A stretch of 42,698 nt of DNA. Source: Rotaria socialis (Eukaryota). Both the position numbers and the translations under genes were made by a program. The notes below the pieces were generated by a model that saw only the letters and a program-made list of their open reading frames with translations, made no database searches and was not told the DNA's origin. Of this stretch, positions 36,100-42,698 are shown one piece after another. Location: positions 1-42,698 of the forward strand of contig CAJNYD010000060.1 in NCBI GenBank assembly GCA_905331295.1, read 5' to 3'. Positions within the stretch are counted from its first letter, which is position 1. The number at the start of each line of letters is the position of its first letter.

Positions 36100-38369
36100 A
36101 TGTGTTTGAGGTTGAGTGCTATTATTTGAACCTATTTTTTTCTTAAAAGATTTAGTAATGTGACGATATCCTTTTCTTCACTCCATAGAAACATGTATTG
36201 AATATATCAATTTTTTGTTTAGAGAAAATACTGAAAATCTGTGTCGCGCAATTAGACTGTGATTCTACAACTGATATTATTTTCTTTCATTTTGAGTAGT
36301 GTAAACTTGCTGATTGTATCTTGAATTGAAGCATCTTAGAATAAAGCCATGATGAATTAATACTTGTTATAACCAACCAATCCCATTTTTATAATTATTT
36401 CTATTACTTTTTGTAGAAATCTGATTATGAAGTTAATTTTCTTATTGAAAGGCATTATATTTTTTTTTTGAATAGAAGAGTTGCAGAAATATCATTTCGG
36501 GTAGCATTTAAAAAAAGCCAAAAACGAAACTGAAAATCTATTTATATTCTTTAATCTACTTACTATTCAGACCGATGGCAACCAATCATATTTTTCGATT
36601 TCCTTCGGTTTTTTTCGGTATTCTATTCTTGATGTGCCGAAAATAGATTTCCAATAGTGTTGTTGAGGACATCGAAAATCGCACGCTTTTTTAATGTCTG
36701 CTTGTGTTAACACAAGACAATGTAATTCTGGCGAAGAATTCTTTTAATATAACTTTTTCATTCATTTTTATCGAGTTTCCTCCTTACATATAGACTTATT
36801 ACCGTCGTATAAAAGAGAATTTTCTTTCTATGGAATTTTGCTCGAAACTTTTGAAATTATTTCATATACTTGCTATACTCGAGAAAGAGAGAGATTTCCT
36901 TTTATTCTTATTTTTTCTCTCTTCTAGTTAATATTCCTGATAATGTCACAGAATAATTTATATAGAGTTCAATAAAAGATATTCTAGAACATAGAAATGT
37001 GCGATTTTCTAAATAGGAAATGTTCTACTTACGTTAGATTTAAGAGAACGAAAGCAATCCTAATAAATTAACAATTTAAAAATATTTTGATAATAAGATA
37101 ATAAATACAGCCTAGCAAGCTCATATACGAAACATAGAAATTATATTAACCATTTCTAATATTCATGTGAATCATATATAAGAAATAATTCCTTATAATT
37201 ATTATGTGTGTCTGTTCACAAAAAATAGACTAACCCTATCCCATGAAAAACAATTTCGAGATCATATGCGTTTCAATGCAAGGTTTTAATAAAAAGTAAT
37301 TTAAATGAGTTTGGAAAAAAAATTGTTTTTGTTTTAACAAGAAGTAGCTCTGTTAAATAAAAGAATATTAGTGCTTTACGCGTCACACTTATTTTTTGAA
37401 TCTTTAGAACTAAATTTGTTTAGATAATAGCCTGCTTCTCTCTCTCTTGACAGCTTGAATAAGTATATATCTATAGTGATGGATCAAATAAAAAGGAGGT
37501 TACTCAAATACCCTAGATTAAACTGAAAGTTAAAATATTCATATAGTTGAAAACAAAAGAAATCAAAAACTATCATTAGTTACTATCAAAACAAATATTA
37601 GGAAGAGAGTAATTTGCAACAATTGATTTTATATACTTGAATTAATGTATGAATTGGCATTAAAAAGAAATTGATGCTAACCCACTCCGGAAACTATTGA
37701 AATTAGCAGAGAGATTATTTCGAAATTTCGGTGAGTGCCGAATAAAATACAAAACTTCTTCTTATATATTTATATAACGTTATCTGTAAGTGAATATGGT
37801 GCAATTGCATCAAAGTTCTAATCTATTCTTCATCGTCGCATCGTCTAAAATATATTGCTTTTTTGATTTATGAAAAACGCGTTTTATAAAATATGCAAAT
37901 GTTAACTAGCGAAGTTATATTATCATAACTCGCTATAGCTAGCTAATCGAAATAATCGATACACATAGATGAGCAATTCGCGATGAATGAATAAATTTGT
38001 AGAAATCTTACAGCCAAAATCTTTTAAACATAGATGTTAACAAGACAATTATATGTTCCTACAAAATATAGAATTTAAATACACTTAACAGGCAGAACTA
38101 TATGCTATATGCATGATTTATAGTCTAATTCTTTCGAAGAATTCTTTTAATATAACTTTTTCATTCATTTTTATCGAGTTTTCTCCTTATACTTATCACT
38201 GTCATGTAAAAGAGACAATTTTCTTTCTATAGAATAATCTTCCAGTATATAGAAAAATTGCTTATTCTGAGGCATTTCTAAAAAGAATTTTACTCGAAAC
38301 AGTCGAAATTATTTCATATACTAGCTATACTCAAGAGAGAGAAAAAGAGAGAGATCTCCTTTAATTCTT

Positions 38370-39296
38370 ATGTTTTCTCTTCTAGTTAATATTCCTGCTT
38401 ATGCTAAATGGAAACAGAATGGTGTGACTGTTGCTGGAGGTAACGGGATAGGGAATGCCACTAATCAACTCTGGTACCCCAATGGCCTCTTCGTTGATGA
38501 TGATCAAACAGTGGTTATTGCTGACTACTCGAATAATCGTATCATCCAATGGAAGAACGGTGACACAGCGAATGGACAAGTTGTTGCTGGTGGCAAAGGC
38601 GCAGGAAGAGGATTACATCAATTGAATCAGCCAATTGATGTGTTAATTGACAAAGAGACGGATAGTCTCATTATTTGTGATTATGGGAATGGACGAGTTG
38701 TACGATGGTCTCGTCGTAGTGGCACAACACAAGGTGAAATACTCATCGACAACATCAATTGTAATGGATTAGCAATGGATGAGCAGAGAAATCTCTACGT
38801 TTCTGACTGGAAAAAACATGAAGTGAGACGATATAAATTGGGTGAAAAGAATGGCACTCTCGTAGCTGGTGGTAATGGTGAAGGTGATGGACTAAATCAA
38901 CTCAACGGACCAACATATCTTTTTGTCGATCGAGATCATTCAGTCTACGTATCAGACAACGAGAATCATCGTGTAATGAAATGGGTGGAAGGTGCAAAAG
39001 AAGGTATTTTGGTCGCTGGAGGACAAGGCCCAGGGAGTGCTCTGACACAATTGTATTATCCTCAAGGACTCTTCGTTGATAAGTTGGGTACACTGTATGT
39101 AGCAGACTCGGTGAATCATCGTGTAATACGTTGGACTAAAGGAGTAAAACAAGGCACGGTAATTGCGGGTGAAAATGGCGCCGGAGCAGGAGCAAATCAG
39201 TTCAACTACCCCTGTGGTTTGTCTTTCGATCGACATGGTAATCTTTATGTCGCCGATTTGAATAATCATCGTGTTCAACGATTTTCTATCGAATAA
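38370..39296 (+). CDS. NHL-repeat beta-propeller protein (probably the terminal exon; acceptor at 38384-38385)
   Basis: Six NHL-type repeats (e.g. QLWYPNGLFVDDDQTVVIADYSNNRI, QLNGPTYLFVDRDHSVYVSDNENHRV, QFNYPCGLSFDRHGNLYVADLNNHRVQRF); the ORF's first codons are a polypyrimidine tract plus AG; a phase-compatible candidate upstream exon lies at 37668-37730. Confidence 0.92.
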   Translation: MFSLLVNIPAYAKWKQNGVTVAGGNGIGNATNQLWYPNGLFVDDDQTVVIADYSNNRIIQWKNGDTANGQVVAGGKGAGRGLHQLNQPIDVLIDKETDSLIICDYGNGRVVRWSRRSGTTQGEILIDNINCNGLAMDEQRNLYVSDWKKHEVRRYKLGEKNGTLVAGGNGEGDGLNQLNGPTYLFVDRDHSVYVSDNENHRVMKWVEGAKEGILVAGGQGPGSALTQLYYPQGLFVDKLGTLYVADSVNHRVIRWTKGVKQGTVIAGENGAGAGANQFNYPCGLSFDRHGNLYVADLNNHRVQRFSIE

Positions 39297-40092
39297 GAAT
39301 TGTGAATTGTTTTTTCTTTCTTCGTTTCTTTTTCTATACTTTGAAATAAATGAACAGAAAAAAGAAATTTTCTTTTACTCTTTCACTTCAACGAAAAGAA
39401 AAAGCTAAATATAAGATTACATCATATGTTTATTTTCTTGTTCTTTTATTTGCTTGTTAAATGAAAAGAAATGAATTAAATAAAATAATTTGTACTATTT
39501 AAACAAAAATAAAATTTGAATTATTTTGAAAAATTTCAGTAGTAAAATGAAAAAATATTTTTAGTAAAATACAATAATTTATTGGTAAAATAATTATTAT
39601 TAGTAAAATGAAAAAAAATTTGTTATTTTGAAAATTTTCATTATTTGGAAATTTTGTATATTTTGAAAATTATTTATTATTTAAAAGAAAAAAAAAGGAC
39701 GGGGGACGTTAACAGCCGAAATCGGCCCCCTGTCCAAACACGACTTTTTCGTTTTCATTATGCTAGTTTTGACGCTACATCGACATTTTGAGTCACATTT
39801 TATCATTATATCAAATCTAGATATCATTTGCATTACTTTTTCTATTGCACTAAAATCCACTGTATTTCCCTTGGGGAGCCGATCATTTTAATAAAATATT
39901 TCAGTTATCATAGTTACTACTTAGTTTAATTTACCCGTCAGATTGTAGCCCTTTTCGCGCTCTCTCTGATGGTATGTCAACATATGAGAAAACCTACTGA
40001 AGTCAATTTGACACCGTCGGCATATCATACAAAAGTTGTAGAAAAACTGAATACCGATCATAATACTTCTCGCGAAAGACTCAGGTGCTAAT

Positions 40093-40328
40093 GTCGGTCC
40101 ACGCTTATTTACATATCATTCGATAGAGAATTTCGAGATCTATCAAATGATCAGAAAAAATGTTGGAAAATGAGTGAGTAACGATAAAATGACCTTCGAC
40201 AGACTATACATGCATATAAAAAAAGTGTAATTTTTCGTCATAACGACGGTGGTGCGATCGGTGGAAAAACGTCGGTCCACTCTTATTTACGTATCGTTGG
40301 ATAGAGAACTTCGAGATCTATCAAATGA
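40093..40328 (+). repeat. ~58-bp direct repeat pair (40093-40150, 40271-40328) downstream of the transposase
   Basis: GTCGGTCCAC.CTTATTTAC.TATC.TT.GATAGAGAA.TTCGAGATCTATCAAATGA occurs twice; likely subterminal repeats. Confidence 0.75.
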
Positions 40329-40554
40329 TGATCAACCTCTGACAGGGAAGTATAAGTAAAAGGATACAGTACTGTGCTTTTCCAAATTCTAGGAGTTCGT
40401 CGCAGTAAGTATCTATAAGAAAAGCGGATGTTGAAGCTTTTGTGTGATTTTGAAATATTTAACTTGGTTTGGATGATAGCCCTCTGTGTGCAGTTTATTC
40501 TTTTGAAAACAGTTTCGTTTTTCGTATGTTTATAAAGATTGAATGTTGAAATGT

Positions 40555-42698
40555 TTATGCTAACGAGTATCGTTGTGAATCATCATCATCAGACGAATCA
40601 TAGAAATCTGAGACTTGTATTGAGTCTGTAGTTAAGTTTTTGTATTCGCCCGATGGCATATGACGCTGTTGTGTTTGCCATCGTTGATAGGAAAGAAACC
40701 AAATGGCTGAAGCTATATGACTGCAGCAGCCTAGAAATCGTGCACCAGTGAAGCAATCGCACCACCAGCCTAGAATTGCTTGATCAGTAAAGTGGATTGT
40801 TGGATGATAGGTAACTCGATTACTATGTGCAGATTGAGTAGGAATACGAATCAAATTTGGAACAATTTTACATCGGTGTACACTGTAAGCTACGGCACTG
40901 GTTAGATTGGTAGTTGAGCAGCGCTCCTCGGCATAAGAACGTGCTCGTTTCAATTGAAAAACACCTATAAAAACAGATAGTTGTGAGAAATTGAATGAAG
41001 ATTCATTACCGAAAGTGAGATCTCCTAGATCGTCTTGTGTCATAATAGGAAAACCATCTATGATTTCTGTATGATTAATTATTTCCCATAGAGAAAACCG
41101 CCTGATTAGATTATTTTCTTCTAAGAGCTAAATAAGGACATAATACAAGTTGCGGAAAGACTTATGTTAAAAATAATTACGAGTTGAATCTTATTTTTTT
41201 GTTGGCGTAATTGCATTATTTGTGCCCCTATCTCTTCATCTTCCAGTTTAGATCTTGTCATAGGTGGTTGATAATGATTGTTCAGAGCGCAAGCAATTGA
41301 CATATCAGATTCTAAGTACACTAGAGACGAGTTTTGAATGGTATTCGCAAAGTACTTAAATTGTTTGAGTCGACGGTTAGCGGCTTCCACGACCCAGCGT
41401 ATTTTTGTGATGCATCTTGATTCATTAGCTTCTTCGGCTGAAAATTGACGTCTGCCATCAAGAAATGATGGCATAATAGCCTCCAACCCAAGAGCTTTCA
41501 TAACACCAATAGAGTCTCTAAACCCTCTATCAACCACCAGTATGTCATGCTAAAGAAGAAAATTATATTAAGGTTTTCCTTAGAAAAATATTACTTCTTT
41601 TAGCCAACTTAAAATGTGATCGGTATTGCGAAGTAAAATATCTTTCATTATCGCAGCATCGTTGTTGTTAAAATCAGACAGGAACGGTCCAATACAAGCC
41701 ACGCTATAACCTGTAGTTGTTACAATCATCATTGGCTTTAATAAGGATCTTTTCTTATATAAATTAAAAGTCTTTCTTTGAAATTCATTATTTCGAGACT
41801 TCTAGAATTTAACATAAAATAAATTCATTACAAAAAGCAATTATTTCACCTGAATATAAAGATACGTTCCATCAATAATAATTATTGCTGTATCAGTACT
41901 GTCACCACCGCACATTAGTTCTCGAGCTATTGTTGTGGTATGGTGACCAATAACATCTTCACGAGTAACATGTCCAAAACCTAAATTATCTGATACAAAA
42001 CTCTTTACAATAGCTTGACGTGCACTATTTATGATTCGAGACACTGTTCGTTTGTCTGCTATTTGAAACATGCAAGCTAATAGTCTATTTGAAATACCAA
42101 GACGAAGTTTACATAAATAAATGCCGACCGCAGTTCTTATCGATCGATTGCAGGAGGGGCGAATAGTAGATGAAGAAACGATTTGGACAAAATCATTAAA
42201 GTTGTCTCTTGAGAGACTAGTTAGTAAACAATATTCATCATCATTAAGATCTCTTGGATCATCGAAACTAAATCTTTTCTTGCCATTTTCAAATAAAGTC
42301 TGAGCTTTGTTTAAAAGAAGTTGAACATCCGACGAGCTTAATTCTTGATATCGTATTGAGAAAGGTTTAATCTGATCAACAGCTTCTTTTGATAATAGAT
42401 TATTAATTAAATGGCCTGAGCAACATCGTGCCCCTACTGGTATCCAAATATTACGTGAAAAAAATATAAAATCTCTATCCTGAGATGTGATTTTCACCGA
42501 ATGATCACGGAGATTTTCACGACAAACACAGCATTTCCTAGTGAAAATACATTACACATCTGTTTTCTTCATTAAATTTTTTTTCTTACGTATGGGAAGA
42601 TGAAGTCGCATTTAGCTGTAACTTAACTTCTTGATGATTTGTATTTGTAATCAAAGTTGGATTTTCCACAGTTGTTAAACGAGACGAATCATCAGTTT
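40555..42698 (-). CDS. Spliced DDE transposase (PIF/Harbinger-ISL2EU-like; HTH_Tnp_4 + DDE_Tnp_4 + C-terminal SWIM finger), 5' end outside the window
   Basis: Exons >42698-42590, 42537-41850, 41801-41595, 41549-41181, 41127-40555 with GT-AG introns of 52, 48, 45 and 53 nt join without stops. Motifs YLCKLRLGISNRLLACMF, IIDGTY, NNNDAAI, VVDRGFRD, RWVVEAANRRLK, CDCFTGARFLGCCSH. Confidence 0.9.

Larger units (their letters stand above)
34244..38405 (+). repeat. Local segmental triplication of the intron/acceptor region upstream of the NHL exon
   Basis: CGAAGAATTCTTTTAATATAACTTTTTCATTCATTTTTATCGAGTTT at ~35049, ~36732 and ~38135, each followed by ...CTAG|TTA(C/A)TATTCCTG (AG at 35321, 36926, 38384); 34244-34290 also matches 37921-37966. 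Confidence 0.85.

Noticed and set aside
38382..39278. Minus-strand ORFs overlapping the NHL gene
   Set aside because: Antisense shadows with no motifs.

Overview
AT-rich eukaryotic DNA with short (45-57 nt) GT-AG introns. The intron style, the NHL-repeat family and the env-bearing Ty3/gypsy element suggest a bdelloid rotifer (inference, no search run). Host-type genes: a 7-exon HAD-IIA hydrolase (HDHD5/CECR5-like, minus strand, crossed by an artefactual N-gap), a 739-aa almost intronless LRR protein whose motifs resemble, from recall, a family expanded in Mortierella-type fungi (HGT candidate), and an NHL beta-propeller exon preceded by two truncated duplicates of its splice acceptor. Mobile DNA dominates: a decayed ~9 kb gag-pol-env Ty3/gypsy provirus (-1 frameshift site, class I fusion-type env, two non-matching LTRs) with two nested insertions; a 493-bp solo LTR carrying a tRNA-like Pol III cassette; several MITEs (two with perfect 8-bp TSDs); a hAT remnant; and an apparently intact spliced DDE_Tnp_4+SWIM transposase running off the right edge. 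Several spliced pseudogene remnants lie at the left.
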